Assembly: GCA_937138415.1 (NCBI GenBank)
Contig: CAKZPA010000042.1
Location: 1,308-65,307 of the forward strand
Source: an uncultured Nitrospiraceae bacterium
GTDB taxonomy: Bacteria; Nitrospirota; Thermodesulfovibrionia; Thermodesulfovibrionales; SM23-35
Direction of reading: 5' to 3'
Length of the DNA: 64,000 nt
The stretch's first letter is position 1; each line of letters starts with the position of its first letter. Below are positions 17,839 through 30,043 of the stretch, piece after piece. A model generated the notes under the pieces. That model was not told the DNA's origin, searched no databases, and saw only the letters and a list, made by a program, of their open reading frames with translations. Both the position numbers and the translations under genes were made by a program.

Positions 17839-19140
17839 CTATCGCGGCTTGGCGAATACTCTGCCAAAGATGTAATCGATATTCTTCAGATAGTACCCGA
17901 GATCGAAGATCTTCTCTATCTCCCGCGGCGTGAGATACTTTTTGATATCCGCGTCGCGCGCGAGTAACGTCTTGAATTTAGACCCTGTCTTCCAACTCGT
18001 CATGGCGTTCCTCTGGACGATCTCGTACGCGTGATCCCGCTCGAGTCCTTTGTCGATGAGCGCAAGCATGACGCGCTGGGAGTTGAAAAGCCCGTAGCTC
18101 CGCTCCATGTTTTCCTTCATCCTCTTCGGATAGACGTGAAGTCTGTCGAGGATGTTTCTCATCCTGTTGAGCATGAAGTTCGTCAAGATCGAACTGTCCG
18201 GTATGATGACCCGCTCGACGGAAGAGTGGGAAATGTCGCGCTCGTGCCACAGGGCGATATTCTCGAGGGCGGCGAGGGCATTGGCGCGAACGATACGTGC
18301 CAGCCCGCACAAGTTCTCGCATCCGATCGGGTTTCTCTTGTGGGGCATCGCGGAAGACCCCTTCTGACCGGCGAAGAAAGGCTCCTCCGCTTCGAGTACT
18401 TCCGTTCTCTGGAGGTGTCTGATTTCGAGCGATATCTTTTCGACCGAGGCCGCGACCATCGCGAGGGCAAGAAGGTATTCGGCGTGTCTGTCTCTCTGTA
18501 CCACCTGCGTGGCAACCGGCTCGGGTTTGAGACCGAGTTTCTTGCACACTTTCTCTTCGACCGCGGGCGGAACGTTCGAAAACGTGCCGACCGCTCCGGA
18601 GAGCTTTCCGACGCTGACCACCGATCGCGCTCTTTTCACGCGCGCGAGGTTTCTCTGCATATCCGCGTACCAGAGGGCGAACTTGAGCCCGAACGTCATA
18701 GGCTCCGCATGGACGCCGTGGCTCCGGCCGATCATGAGCGTCTCCTTGTGCCGCTTCGCCTGCTTCTCGAGGACCTCCATCAGCGCGACGATGTCCCCGA
18801 TGATGATATCGAGCGATTCCCGCATGAGCAGTGCGAGCGCCGTATCGAGGATGTCCGAAGACGTCAACCCTTTGTGAATAAATCTCGACTCGGGACCGAG
18901 GCTCTGCGCAACGGACGTAAGAAATGCGATCACGTCGTGTTTCACGACCTTTTCGATTTCGTCGATAGCGGCACTATTGAATGACGCTTTTTTCCTGATG
19001 TTCCTGAGAGCCTCTCGGGGGATCTCCCCGAGTTCCGCCCAGGCCTCGCACGCCGCAATCTCAACGCGCAGCCACGTGCGGTACTTATTTTCGAGATCCC
19101 ACAATCTCCCCATTTCTGGGAGCGTATAACGTGCTATCAT
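17839..19140 (-). CDS. purB: adenylosuccinate lyase
   Basis: 433-aa ORF starting MIARYTLPEMGRLW, with the fumarate-lyase signature SSAMPHKRNP. Confidence 0.95.
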   Translation of the reverse strand: MIARYTLPEMGRLWDLENKYRTWLRVEIAACEAWAELGEIPREALRNIRKKASFNSAAIDEIEKVVKHDVIAFLTSVAQSLGPESRFIHKGLTSSDILDTALALLMRESLDIIIGDIVALMEVLEKQAKRHKETLMIGRSHGVHAEPMTFGLKFALWYADMQRNLARVKRARSVVSVGKLSGAVGTFSNVPPAVEEKVCKKLGLKPEPVATQVVQRDRHAEYLLALAMVAASVEKISLEIRHLQRTEVLEAEEPFFAGQKGSSAMPHKRNPIGCENLCGLARIVRANALAALENIALWHERDISHSSVERVIIPDSSILTNFMLNRMRNILDRLHVYPKRMKENMERSYGLFNSQRVMLALIDKGLERDHAYEIVQRNAMTSWKTGSKFKTLLARDADIKKYLTPREIEKIFDLGYYLKNIDYIFGRVFAKPR

Positions 19141-19343
19141 GGTCTATCCTCCGGGATGCGTATTGTGGCGCCGTTCGCTCATCATTCTACCACCCGACAA
19201 CCTTGCAAAAAAAGATATTTCTGTGGTAACCTTCACTTCCTGGAGAGTGCCAGCATCGCCTCCTGTGGCGTGCGCGGGTGCTCTTACGAATTCGTAGAGA
19301 AAAATCCCACCGAAAAAAGGGATTTTGACAGGAGGAACGAGCG

Positions 19344-20107
19344 ATGGTCGCTGCAATGAAAGAATTGCTGGAAGCAGGGGTTCACTTCGGGCACCAGGTG
19401 AAGCGGTGGCATCCGAAGATGAAGAAGTACATCTTCGGTGAGAGAAACGGCATCTACATCATTGACCTCCAAAAAACGGTCAAAGGACTCGAAGAGGCGT
19501 ATCAATTCGTGAAGAACGTATCGATGGCGGGAGCCCCCGTCGTCTTCGTTGGAACGAAGAAGCAGGCACAGGACGCCATAAAAGAAGAGGCGGAACGTGC
19601 GGGGGCTTTCTATGTCAACCAGCGCTGGCTCGGCGGCATGCTGACGAACTTTTCCACGATAAAAAAGAGCATCGAGAAATTGAAGAAGATCGAGACGATG
19701 AAGGAGAACGGCACGTACGACCTCCTGCCGAAAAAAGAGGTCGCTGCCCTTGAAAAAGAGCGCACGAAATTGGAGAGAAATCTGTCGGGCATCAAAGGCA
19801 TGCAGACATTCCCGGGCGCGATCTTCATCGTTGATCCCAGGAAAGAGAGGATCGCGGTCGCCGAAGCGAGAAAACTGTCGGTGCCAATCGTTGCGATCGT
19901 GGACACGAACTGCGATCCTGACGAAATCGATTACGTGATCCCCGGCAACGACGATGCCATCAGGGCGATCAAACTCATCACCTCGAAGATTGCCGACGCG
20001 ATTATCGAAGGGAAAGAATCGGCAGCCAAAGTCGCGGCCGAAGAAGCTGCGCCCCAAGTTGCGGTCGAAGAAACGCTCGTGCCGCAGCAGGAAGCAGGGG
20101 TGACAGA

Positions 20108-20111
<4 letters not shown>
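19344..20111 (+). CDS. rpsB: 30S ribosomal protein S2
   Basis: [22 protein letters not shown]... with a C-terminal acidic tail. GGAGG RBS. Confidence 0.96.
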
Positions 20112-21985
<1,874 letters not shown>

Positions 21986-22138
21986 ATGGTCAACGTCAAT
22001 TTTGTTCTGAAGGTCGTTGACGCAACGACGGCGGATATCCAAAAAGCACTGCAGGCCGCGGGCATAAAGGTAAGGAGCATTGTCGAGATCTTTCGAGAAG
22101 AGGCGGGGGAACCGATAGAAGAGAAGGAACCAAAATAA
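21986..22138 (+). CDS. candidate small protein (50 aa)
   Basis: MVNVNFVLKVVDATTADIQKALQAAGIKVRSIVEIFREEAGEPIEEKEPK. Its ATG follows the frr TAA directly (TAAATG), and its TAA overlaps the next gene's ATG (TAATG). It is below the ORF-track length cutoff. Confidence 0.4.
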   Translation: MVNVNFVLKVVDATTADIQKALQAAGIKVRSIVEIFREEAGEPIEEKEPK

Positions 22139-22818
22139 TGGCGAGAGAAAAGACCAAAAAGAAAAAGGCGGAACGTGCGACGGAGAAGAGAACGGCGAAA
22201 GCTGCGCGCACGAAACCGCCAGAGAAAAAATCCCGCGCGGCGGAGAAGAAGACCCCCTCCGCGCCAAAGTCGTCGAAGAGACAAACGAAGAAAGAGGTTG
22301 GTGGGACGAAAAAAACCAACCGGCAAAGCAAAATCGAGCCGGTAACGGCTCGACAGGGCATCGCCCGCAAGACACCGGCCAAAACGCCAAAAAAGAAAAC
22401 ATCGCCTGCAGTGGCCGCGAAAACGTCGGAGGAAGCGAGAAAGGTTGCGTTGCGCAAATTGCTCGTTCAAAAGCGTGAAGAGATCGTGAGAGAAGTGAAG
22501 AGCGAGATCTCGAAATACATCAAGGGAGAAACCCGCCAGCTCGTCGATACGGCGCTCGACGACGGCGACTGGTCGGTGGTCGACCTTTCGGAAGACATCA
22601 GCTTCAAGCACATGAGCACCCACCGTGAAACCCTCGTCAAAATCGACGAGGCCCTCAGAAAGCTGAACGAGGGAACGTACGGTATCTGCGAAGATTGCGG
22701 AGAAGAGATCAGCGAACAGCGTCTCAAGATCCTGCCCTTCGCTATCTATTGTACGGACTGTCAGGAGCGGTGGGAGCAGCTCGAGGAACTCGAAAAGCGC
22801 GAGGGTCTCATCGGCTGA
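22138..22818 (+). CDS. DksA/TraR-type C4 zinc-finger protein with lysine-rich N-terminal extension
   Basis: The C-terminal 120 aa has a coiled-coil region plus CEDCGEEI...YCTDCQ (C4 finger). The N-terminal ~105 aa is K/A/P/T-rich (KKKKAERATEKRTAKAARTKPPEKK...). Confidence 0.8.
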   Translation: MAREKTKKKKAERATEKRTAKAARTKPPEKKSRAAEKKTPSAPKSSKRQTKKEVGGTKKTNRQSKIEPVTARQGIARKTPAKTPKKKTSPAVAAKTSEEARKVALRKLLVQKREEIVREVKSEISKYIKGETRQLVDTALDDGDWSVVDLSEDISFKHMSTHRETLVKIDEALRKLNEGTYGICEDCGEEISEQRLKILPFAIYCTDCQERWEQLEELEKREGLIG

Positions 22819-22917
22819 AAAGTGCCGATCCCGGCTTTTTCTCCTAACACCGAAGCACGGTCAAAAAAGTCAGGCGCCCTGCCCCCGCAGCGCTTCCCTT
22901 TGTTTTTAGAGGCTAAA

Positions 22918-23241
22918 TTATTTCTGCTCAGGTACGATGTTGAAACCGGGGCGACCGGGGCCGCCTTTACCTCTCATCTCCTCACGAAACTCCTTCATCT
23001 CGGATCTGTGCTTCATCCTGCACGCCCTGAGAGCGTCCACATTTTTTGCCGCGTGCACACATGCCTTTTCTTCCTGAAGGCTCTTTATGCGGGCCTCGAT
23101 CCTCTGGAGATGATCAGCTCTCATTTGTTCGAACTGAGGCGCCGTTCCCATTCCAGGCGACACGTTCTCGTCCGCCGAGAAAACCGGACCTGCGAAAGCC
23201 ATCGTACATGCCGTCACCCATAAAACCAAAGACTTTTTCAT
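22918..23241 (-). CDS. small secreted helical protein (hypothetical)
   Basis: 107 aa from MKKSLVLWVTACTMAFAGPVFSA (signal peptide) with an AGGAGG RBS. The mature part is charged and helical with 2 Cys. The longer track ORF start at 23448 is unsupported. Confidence 0.6.
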   Translation of the reverse strand: MKKSLVLWVTACTMAFAGPVFSADENVSPGMGTAPQFEQMRADHLQRIEARIKSLQEEKACVHAAKNVDALRACRMKHRSEMKEFREEMRGKGGPGRPGFNIVPEQK

Positions 23242-23577
23242 GCGTCCTCCTTTTTTAACATAGCCGCGGCGTTGCGCCGAACTTCGAAAAGCACACAAAA
23301 ATGCGCTTCCACAGTTTAGATATCGTCTCAGACGTTTCTGGTCCGCCGAGGCGGAAGCAAACGTAGTTTCCGATACCCAGGGAACCGGATCTCGCCTTTC
23401 CCATCGCTGGCGAAAGCATTCTTTCGATGCATGGTATCGCTCAGGCATCCGACCATGTCAGCTCTCTCGAATTCTCCACAGACACAGATACAAGGTACCA
23501 CGCAAACATGAATGAATGTCGAAGAAAAAATGAAGATGTCGTGAATGAACGTCCGTGGAGAAACGATACTGGTCGAC

Positions 23578-24117
23578 TCAACTATCTTTTTTTACGCTCT
23601 CTCTTATCATTTCAAGCACGGCGGGGACGAGAGAATCTCTGTTGGCGGTGTTCAGCTCGACGATAACGATATCGCTCCTCTGTTTGATATCCGAGATGAT
23701 TCCCCCGCCTTTCATCGCGATCGTTGCGACGAGAACTTTGTCAGAGCTGAGGATGGATTTCACGATCGCCCGAAATAACACGGAGAAACATTCCATCTTG
23801 CCGATCTCGTCGATAATAACGACCGGACATGCCGAACCGGGGAGAGAAAGAGATCTGAGGAATGCGTCGAACCCTTCTACATCGACGCCGTATTTGGAGA
23901 CCCTGCACGGACTCCTGAAATCGACATGCGCGAGAATCCCGCGGCTCCCGTCGAGACCCTCGAGGGCGAACCCTTTCCGCAAGCCCGATTCCCTAATCTC
24001 CACGGTATAGAAACCGCAGGGACGAAGGTCCGTCAACCGATCGACGAGTTTCCTGATAAATGTTGTCTTCCCGACCCCAGGCTGCCCGGTGAGGAGAATG
24101 TGTTGCTTTATATTCAT
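23578..24117 (-). CDS. THEP1-type nucleoside triphosphatase (COG1618-like)
   Basis: 179 aa with Walker A GQPGVGKTT and Walker B VVIIDEIG. Size and layout match THEP1 NTPases. Confidence 0.75.
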   Translation of the reverse strand: MNIKQHILLTGQPGVGKTTFIRKLVDRLTDLRPCGFYTVEIRESGLRKGFALEGLDGSRGILAHVDFRSPCRVSKYGVDVEGFDAFLRSLSLPGSACPVVIIDEIGKMECFSVLFRAIVKSILSSDKVLVATIAMKGGGIISDIKQRSDIVIVELNTANRDSLVPAVLEMIRESVKKDS

Positions 24118-24299
24118 ATGCTATTGTGTGGCATCCTGCGCGGCAGGCCAAAAAATACATCGCGCAATCTGACAGGAACCGTTTGCCTCGGTTTCGATAA
24201 ATCCCGGAGGACGCCATCATGAAGAGAAAATACCTGCACCAATGATGCTGCCATATTTCAAAGGTCGGTCTTGAATGAAGTCCGAGCCGGCCACGACAA

Positions 24300-25112
24300 T
24301 TAATCCCCTCTGCCTTGGTTCTTAAGATGCTTGTCATAAAGTTTTTTCGCCCGTACCTGTACCTTTTCCCAGAAGGAACCATCCTCCTTCAAGACTGACC
24401 GCAGCGACTTCCCTGTATATGTTTTCATGAAGCGGAAGACATCATTTCTCGTTAAATTGATATCGAGACAGGAGAAATAAAGGCCGGCCAAGTCTTTGAT
24501 TATCCAGCGCTGGGGTGTACGTTTTCTAAGTTGCACCCGATGAAGATCGATGAGATATAGCCGGGGACCTTCATCTGCCTCTTTTTCGAGACTGTTGATG
24601 TCGAGCAAGAAATGGCATAAATAGAAGTCCCTATGGTTAACGCCGTGCATATGAAGGCGACGCGCGATAGTAGCGACTCTCTTGATCAGAGCCCATTTGA
24701 GACGAGTAGCAGGGGGACGGAGCTTCCAGTCTTTACAGAAATCCTCAAGACTGATTGTGTTTTGGAGTTCTTCCGTGATGATATAAGATTCAAGCCAGGC
24801 GGGTGGCAGACCTCGTTTGCCGTAACCAGCTGCTTTCACGGTATCTATACCGAGTTCCTCCAGCCGCCTGATGGCACAGAGTTCATTTTGTGCACTCAAG
24901 ACAGGCCAACGCAGGCTCAGAACGTTTTTGAGAATTTCCTTCCATCCCGCCCTGCGGTGGATCTTCAAAAAATATCCTCTCCCGTTTCTCTTGATATAAA
25001 GAGTTCTTCGGTTTTTGTGCTCACGAAATAGAATTCCATCCGCATTTAATATGCTATCGAACGAGGCTACGTTTGCACCAAAAGCCTTGAGCCTTTTATT
25101 TGACTCCGCCAT
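24300..25112 (-). CDS. waaP: lipopolysaccharide core heptose(I) kinase (Kdo/WaaP family)
   Basis: About 270 aa with RTLYIKR..GYFLKIH and HGVNHRDFYLCHFLLD kinase-core motifs. It lies downstream of waaG, as in enterobacterial waaQGP. Confidence 0.85.
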   Translation of the reverse strand: MAESNKRLKAFGANVASFDSILNADGILFREHKNRRTLYIKRNGRGYFLKIHRRAGWKEILKNVLSLRWPVLSAQNELCAIRRLEELGIDTVKAAGYGKRGLPPAWLESYIITEELQNTISLEDFCKDWKLRPPATRLKWALIKRVATIARRLHMHGVNHRDFYLCHFLLDINSLEKEADEGPRLYLIDLHRVQLRKRTPQRWIIKDLAGLYFSCLDINLTRNDVFRFMKTYTGKSLRSVLKEDGSFWEKVQVRAKKLYDKHLKNQGRGD

Positions 25113-26241
25113 TTTGATTGCCTCTCGCCGCAAGAGTTTCTATAATATCGGCGGCTTTCTCCGCTCTGCTGAAAAAGTCATTGCTTTTCACGTAATCTAT
25201 GCCATTTCGTCTCCACGTTTCGCGTTCAGGCGAAGTGAGCATGTGCAGGAGAAGCCTGTCAAAAATCTTCTGGTCATAGGGCGAGGGGATTAAGAGACCT
25301 GCCCTCGCTTTTTCCACGTGAAACGCATACCCGCAGATATCCGTTACCAGGATAGGCAGTCCTGCGGCCATGGCCTCGATTAGCACTGTTCCAGCCGTTT
25401 CGGACCGGGCGGGATGGACAAGCAGGTCTGATGCGTTCATAAACCTTGCAACATCGCTACGGCCACCCAAAAAAAATAAGCTGCCGGAGATATTCAATCG
25501 TCTTGCCATCTTTTTGAACGGCCCTGGGTCGCCGTCACCGATGACAACAAGCTTCGTCCGGTTCTTGTAACTGCCGGGCAGCCCACCCAAGGCACGCAGA
25601 GCACGGTCAAGCCCCTTGGTTCTGAAGCTCGAGGCAACCATAAGCAGCAGGAAGACATCATCATCCAGTCCCATCTCGCTGCGCGTGTTACTTCTTAATT
25701 GTCCGCCGCCATCAATGATGAGCCTGTCAAAGGATATCCCGGGAGGCAGGTAGTGAAACCTCTCATCAGCCGTCCCATAATATTTAAGATATTTAGCTTT
25801 TTCCCATTCAGAAATGAGCAGGATGTGAGTTTTCGCTGAATGATGAAAGACGGCCTTTTCCAGCGCTTTGTAGGTGCGATACCTGTTTCCCATGCGGCAC
25901 AAGAAATTTTTTTCTTCTCTTACTCGGGCTTGATAACACGGGTCGGCAGCGAAATAGACGTCTAAGCCGTGCATTTTATTGAAGCCGATAACGAGATCGT
26001 ACTGCTCTTTTGTCAAGTGCTCGCTGATTTTCCGGGAAAAATTCAGGCAACGCCGGTGATTGCTCCACCCCTTTACCGGAATCAAAGAAACCTTAAATCC
26101 CTGAGGGACTTCCCCTTCCCATGACATGGTGAAAACAGATATCGAGTGCCCCCGCTGCTGGCACGCTCTTGCGATATCGATAAAATCCCGCTGCAGCCCC
26201 CCGAAAGGGAAAAATTTGAAAAGACAAAAAGCCAGTCTCAA
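25096..26241 (-). CDS. waaG: LPS core glycosyltransferase, GT4 (WaaG/RfaG-like)
   Basis: 381 aa. The N-terminus MRLAFCLFKFFPFGGLQRDFIDIA closely parallels E. coli RfaG. A C-terminal EX7E-type region is present. Confidence 0.88.
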   Translation of the reverse strand: MRLAFCLFKFFPFGGLQRDFIDIARACQQRGHSISVFTMSWEGEVPQGFKVSLIPVKGWSNHRRCLNFSRKISEHLTKEQYDLVIGFNKMHGLDVYFAADPCYQARVREEKNFLCRMGNRYRTYKALEKAVFHHSAKTHILLISEWEKAKYLKYYGTADERFHYLPPGISFDRLIIDGGGQLRSNTRSEMGLDDDVFLLLMVASSFRTKGLDRALRALGGLPGSYKNRTKLVVIGDGDPGPFKKMARRLNISGSLFFLGGRSDVARFMNASDLLVHPARSETAGTVLIEAMAAGLPILVTDICGYAFHVEKARAGLLIPSPYDQKIFDRLLLHMLTSPERETWRRNGIDYVKSNDFFSRAEKAADIIETLAARGNQNGGVK

Positions 26242-26575
26242 TAAATCCTCTTTATCAGAAAGTCGCCGGCACTTTCCTAATCGCGATTTCTAAAGTCTTC
26301 ACCGAAATAAGCGGAGAAGTATCCAGCTGTCGAAACGTTTTTTCTACGTCGGTGGCTGAATCCGATTCACTGCGCGAGGATTTGGGGATGCGCCATGTGG
26401 ATCGCTGCTCACGGAGCCCCACCATATTCTCTCCTGAGTCCTCTGGTGTAATTTGAAAAACAAGTATTCTATTATATCTTGAGTTTACTGAGAACAACAC
26501 GGCAAAAACAAATCGGGAGGCTTAGCGGGAGGAAGCGTACGCAATCATCTGCAGTAAGTCAGTGAAGGTTATATT

Positions 26576-27361
26576 GTGAAGACAATTAAATTACACTACT
26601 CATCGAGCAAGGAAAATTGGGGCGACCGAATTTCGCCTGTCATCTGCAAAATGGTATCGGGATGCGAAGTCGTCCATGCGAAGGTGACTGATTGCGATAT
26701 GATCGCCGTTGGCTCTATTCTTTCCAGGGTTAAAGAACATATTTTCGCAAAAAGAATACATGTCTGGGGAAGCGGATTTATTCAACCCGTTAGAAAACAC
26801 AAAACACGACACTACATCCATGCGCTCAGAGGTAAAAAATCTGCCGATATTCTTATCAACGTCGACGTCAAGGTATTCGGCGATCCGGGGTTGCTCTGTG
26901 ATCGCCTTATCCCCGGCCACGAGAGCGTAGCTAAACGCTACGAAGTCGGCATCGTGCCGCATTATTCACAACGCAATCACCCGGAGGTTTTAACTTTTTT
27001 GAAAAAACATCCCGAGGCATTTTTTATTGACATTTTTTCGAAACCGCTTGAATTTCTTCATAAACTTAGTCATTGTCAGTTCATTATTTCATCAAGCCTG
27101 CACGGGCTGGTTGCTGCAGACTCGTTAGGCATTCCTAATTGTCGATTCAGGGTCGTCAATAAAGACGACATTGTCGGCGGAGACTTTAAGTTTGAAGATT
27201 ATTACTCGATATACGACGTTGACCTGCCGCCGACCATTACCCTGACTGAATTTTCCCCCTTGCTAAAGGACGATATTATGCGTTCGTATTCGAGGCCGAA
27301 TTTGCCTGCTATCAAGGAGTCGTTGATCGCCGCCTTTCCATTCCCGCGCTGTGCCGGTTGA
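26576..27361 (+). CDS. polysaccharide pyruvyl transferase family protein
   Basis: 261 aa with a GTG start. Motifs are NWGDRIS, GSIL, RG..S and SSSLHGLVAADSLGIP. Confidence 0.7.
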   Translation: MKTIKLHYSSSKENWGDRISPVICKMVSGCEVVHAKVTDCDMIAVGSILSRVKEHIFAKRIHVWGSGFIQPVRKHKTRHYIHALRGKKSADILINVDVKVFGDPGLLCDRLIPGHESVAKRYEVGIVPHYSQRNHPEVLTFLKKHPEAFFIDIFSKPLEFLHKLSHCQFIISSSLHGLVAADSLGIPNCRFRVVNKDDIVGGDFKFEDYYSIYDVDLPPTITLTEFSPLLKDDIMRSYSRPNLPAIKESLIAAFPFPRCAG

Positions 27362-27454
27362 GCGACAATCCTTCTTCAGTCCAAAACGATCCCGATCTGG
27401 CGCTGTGACAATGTCCTCCGCATGGGCGACTGTTTCAATCGGACAGCAGTGATT

Positions 27455-28285
27455 TCAAGCGTAATCTTTTTTTTTCAAAATGATAGAAAAAAACCATCCC
27501 AACCTGACCCCCAATATGAATTTCAGTACTTTCAGGAGTCTGGAGCGAGGATAAAACTTGTAATCATAAGCAAATTTGAAATATCTATTGGTTTTATATC
27601 TCAGTTCCAATGCCGTGAGCTTTTTGTCTATATTCCTTCTGCCAGCCCAGAAACCCGACGGCGTCATAATGTGTACCGACATGACTTCATTGATATAAAA
27701 CAGATTGCCGCTCGCTATATAGAGAAGATACATATGGGTATCCAATACCATATGCGGCGGCACATCGGTTAAGTCTAATCTATTGCGATAGACCCTTGAT
27801 GACGGATGCACCCTAAAATTGTCTTTAACGGAATACTTTTCTTTTACAGGGTACTTGGATGAGTCAATGAAAAGCCATTCTCGATTTTTCGTAACATCTT
27901 TGACTAAGGTATTGTGCCCGCACATGGTGCAGTCTGGATGTCGTTCCATGGCGAGCACTTGTTTTTGCAATTTATTTTCATCACACCAGTAATCATCTCC
28001 CTCGAGAAAGGCAAAATATTTGGATTTGATTTTCAACAGGCCGCTCTTGAGATTACGTGTCACCCCGAGGTTTACCTCATTCAGAAATAATTCAATTTTG
28101 TCCGGATATCTTTCCTTGTATGCTCTGCATATTTCTGCCGTTCTGTCTGTCGAACAGTCTTCGAATACATAAATATCAAAATCAAACGTTGTCTTTTGTT
28201 CCAGTATGGAATCGAAGGCTTTCGCTATCGTTTTTTCGTGATTGTAAGTCAGAAGTACAACGGTCAACAAATTATCTTTTGTCAT
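27455..28285 (-). CDS. glycosyltransferase family 2
   Basis: 276 aa with LTVVLLTYNHEKTI..., FEDCSTDRT and LEGDDYW (the DxD-like motif). Confidence 0.85.
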   Translation of the reverse strand: MTKDNLLTVVLLTYNHEKTIAKAFDSILEQKTTFDFDIYVFEDCSTDRTAEICRAYKERYPDKIELFLNEVNLGVTRNLKSGLLKIKSKYFAFLEGDDYWCDENKLQKQVLAMERHPDCTMCGHNTLVKDVTKNREWLFIDSSKYPVKEKYSVKDNFRVHPSSRVYRNRLDLTDVPPHMVLDTHMYLLYIASGNLFYINEVMSVHIMTPSGFWAGRRNIDKKLTALELRYKTNRYFKFAYDYKFYPRSRLLKVLKFILGVRLGWFFSIILKKKDYA

Positions 28286-28899
28286 TAAGCCTGCTTTATA
28301 GCCTCGACGACGCTGGAATCCGCGCGTCTTTCAACGTTAAGCAGCTCCGCATGCTGACTCTGTCCCACTTTACATTCATAAATATTGCCTTCAGAAAATC
28401 CGGCCTCACTAAGCCGCCTCCTGAGCTCTGCTACGCTGTACATATATTGGTGCATACCGTTTTCCCTGATGCATTTATTGAGCATATAGCACCCGGACGG
28501 ATAACTGTGCGCATTGATCAGCTTCACCCATTCCATTTCACGCCAGTAGTCTTTAATATAACTGTCTATGATTTTGTCAATGTCGGGGAATGCTGTTCTG
28601 ATTACCCCGCCCGGCTTAAGAATTCTGTGCGCCTCTTTGAGGAAAAATAAGCCTTTGTCGTACGATAAATGTTCTATGAAATGTTCACTGAAGATAAAAT
28701 CGACGGACCGGTTCGGGAACGGAAGCCCTTTGTTTATGTCAATCCGAAAATCTTTCCGAACTTTGCGACTGATGTCAATATTTATCCAGCCCTCTTTGTA
28801 ATTTCTGCCGCACGCAATGTGCAGCTTGACCGGCTTCCCTGCGCTACACAGCTGATCCAAACGACTCCTGATTCTCTTTTTGGAGAGGAAGGAAAACAT
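28285..28899 (-). CDS. class I SAM-dependent methyltransferase
   Basis: 204 aa with SVDFIFSEHFIEHL and ILKPGGVI motifs. Its stop overlaps the GT2 start. Confidence 0.75.
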   Translation of the reverse strand: MFSFLSKKRIRSRLDQLCSAGKPVKLHIACGRNYKEGWINIDISRKVRKDFRIDINKGLPFPNRSVDFIFSEHFIEHLSYDKGLFFLKEAHRILKPGGVIRTAFPDIDKIIDSYIKDYWREMEWVKLINAHSYPSGCYMLNKCIRENGMHQYMYSVAELRRRLSEAGFSEGNIYECKVGQSQHAELLNVERRADSSVVEAIKQA

Positions 28900-28900
28900 C

Positions 28901-30043
28901 TTAGCTATTTCTTATGCGTTTTATTATTTCACATATCTGGGCAGCGCCGGCCGTTCCGAGGCCGCCGAATAAAGGCAGGCAAAGAACTTCCCTCTTTACT
29001 CTGTTCGCGACGGGGAGATTCTCCTCGCTCGAACTCGGCAACGATTTATAAGGCTCGTACTCGGAGCAGAGCGGATAAAAATATTTTCTTGAGAATACGT
29101 TGTATTCCTTCAATTTTTGATAAACAGCATCTCTGGATAATCCGAATGTGTCTTCATGTATGCGTATCACAAAATATCCCATTGAGTCAGTTACTCCTTC
29201 GGGCACATGCACAATTCTGATGCCGCTGACCGTCTGTAACTGTTCTACATATGTGGACCTTATTGCGATGCGCTTCCGTTTCTCTTCTTCGAATATCTCA
29301 AGATTCAGAAGACCGATACATGCCTGAAGTTCATTCATTTTGCCGTTGATACCAATATCAACGACCTCGTCCTCGTTTTTTATGCCGAAATTCCGCAGAA
29401 AATATAGTTTCTCCCTGTATTCGGAATTGTCGTACGTCAGGCAACCGCCTTCCACTGTATGAAAAAGTTTTGTGGCATGGAAACTGAACATGCTCATATC
29501 TCCGCACGTCCCTATACCTGCGCCGTTGATTTCCGTCGTGAAACAATGCGCCGCATCGTAAACGACTTTCAAATTGTGACGCTTTGCGATCATTTCAATT
29601 TTCTCTGTGTCACACGGAATCCCGTAGACGTGGACACCGAGGATAGCGGATGTCTGACTATTGACGTGCCTTTCTATCATATCGGCGTCAATAGTCATGC
29701 TTTCGGCGCTGATATCGCAAAAGACTGGCTTTAAATGGTTCCACGTAATGCAATGGGGAGTGGCTGGAAAAGTAAACGGGGTCGTTATAACTTCGCTTCC
29801 CGGGGGCAAATCAAGTACTTTCAAAGCCGTCAACAAGGCAATCGTGCCATTGTTAAATATCGACACGTTTTTTACTTTCAGGACACTTTCCAGCCTTTTT
29901 TCGAGCTCGGCATGCATATTGCCATGATTTGTCAGCCATTTCGACGCCCATATCGCCCTAAGCATATCATTGAACTTGCCCAAATCAGGCAGTATCGGAG
30001 AAGTGACGTATACCGGTTTCTCAAATTTTAACTCACTATGCAT
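28901..30043 (-). CDS. DegT/DnrJ/EryC1/StrS-family sugar aminotransferase
   Basis: 380 aa with GSEVITTPFTF and the FSFHATKLFHTVEGG PLP-lysine motif. Confidence 0.88.
   Translation of the reverse strand: MHSELKFEKPVYVTSPILPDLGKFNDMLRAIWASKWLTNHGNMHAELEKRLESVLKVKNVSIFNNGTIALLTALKVLDLPPGSEVITTPFTFPATPHCITWNHLKPVFCDISAESMTIDADMIERHVNSQTSAILGVHVYGIPCDTEKIEMIAKRHNLKVVYDAAHCFTTEINGAGIGTCGDMSMFSFHATKLFHTVEGGCLTYDNSEYREKLYFLRNFGIKNEDEVVDIGINGKMNELQACIGLLNLEIFEEEKRKRIAIRSTYVEQLQTVSGIRIVHVPEGVTDSMGYFVIRIHEDTFGLSRDAVYQKLKEYNVFSRKYFYPLCSEYEPYKSLPSSSEENLPVANRVKREVLCLPLFGGLGTAGAAQICEIIKRIRNS

Noticed and set aside
26255-26500. An 81-aa ORF in the divergent waaG / pyruvyl-transferase intergenic region.
   Set aside because: It has no RBS and no recognisable motif. 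It lies in the AT-rich promoter region between divergent genes, so it is more likely non-coding.
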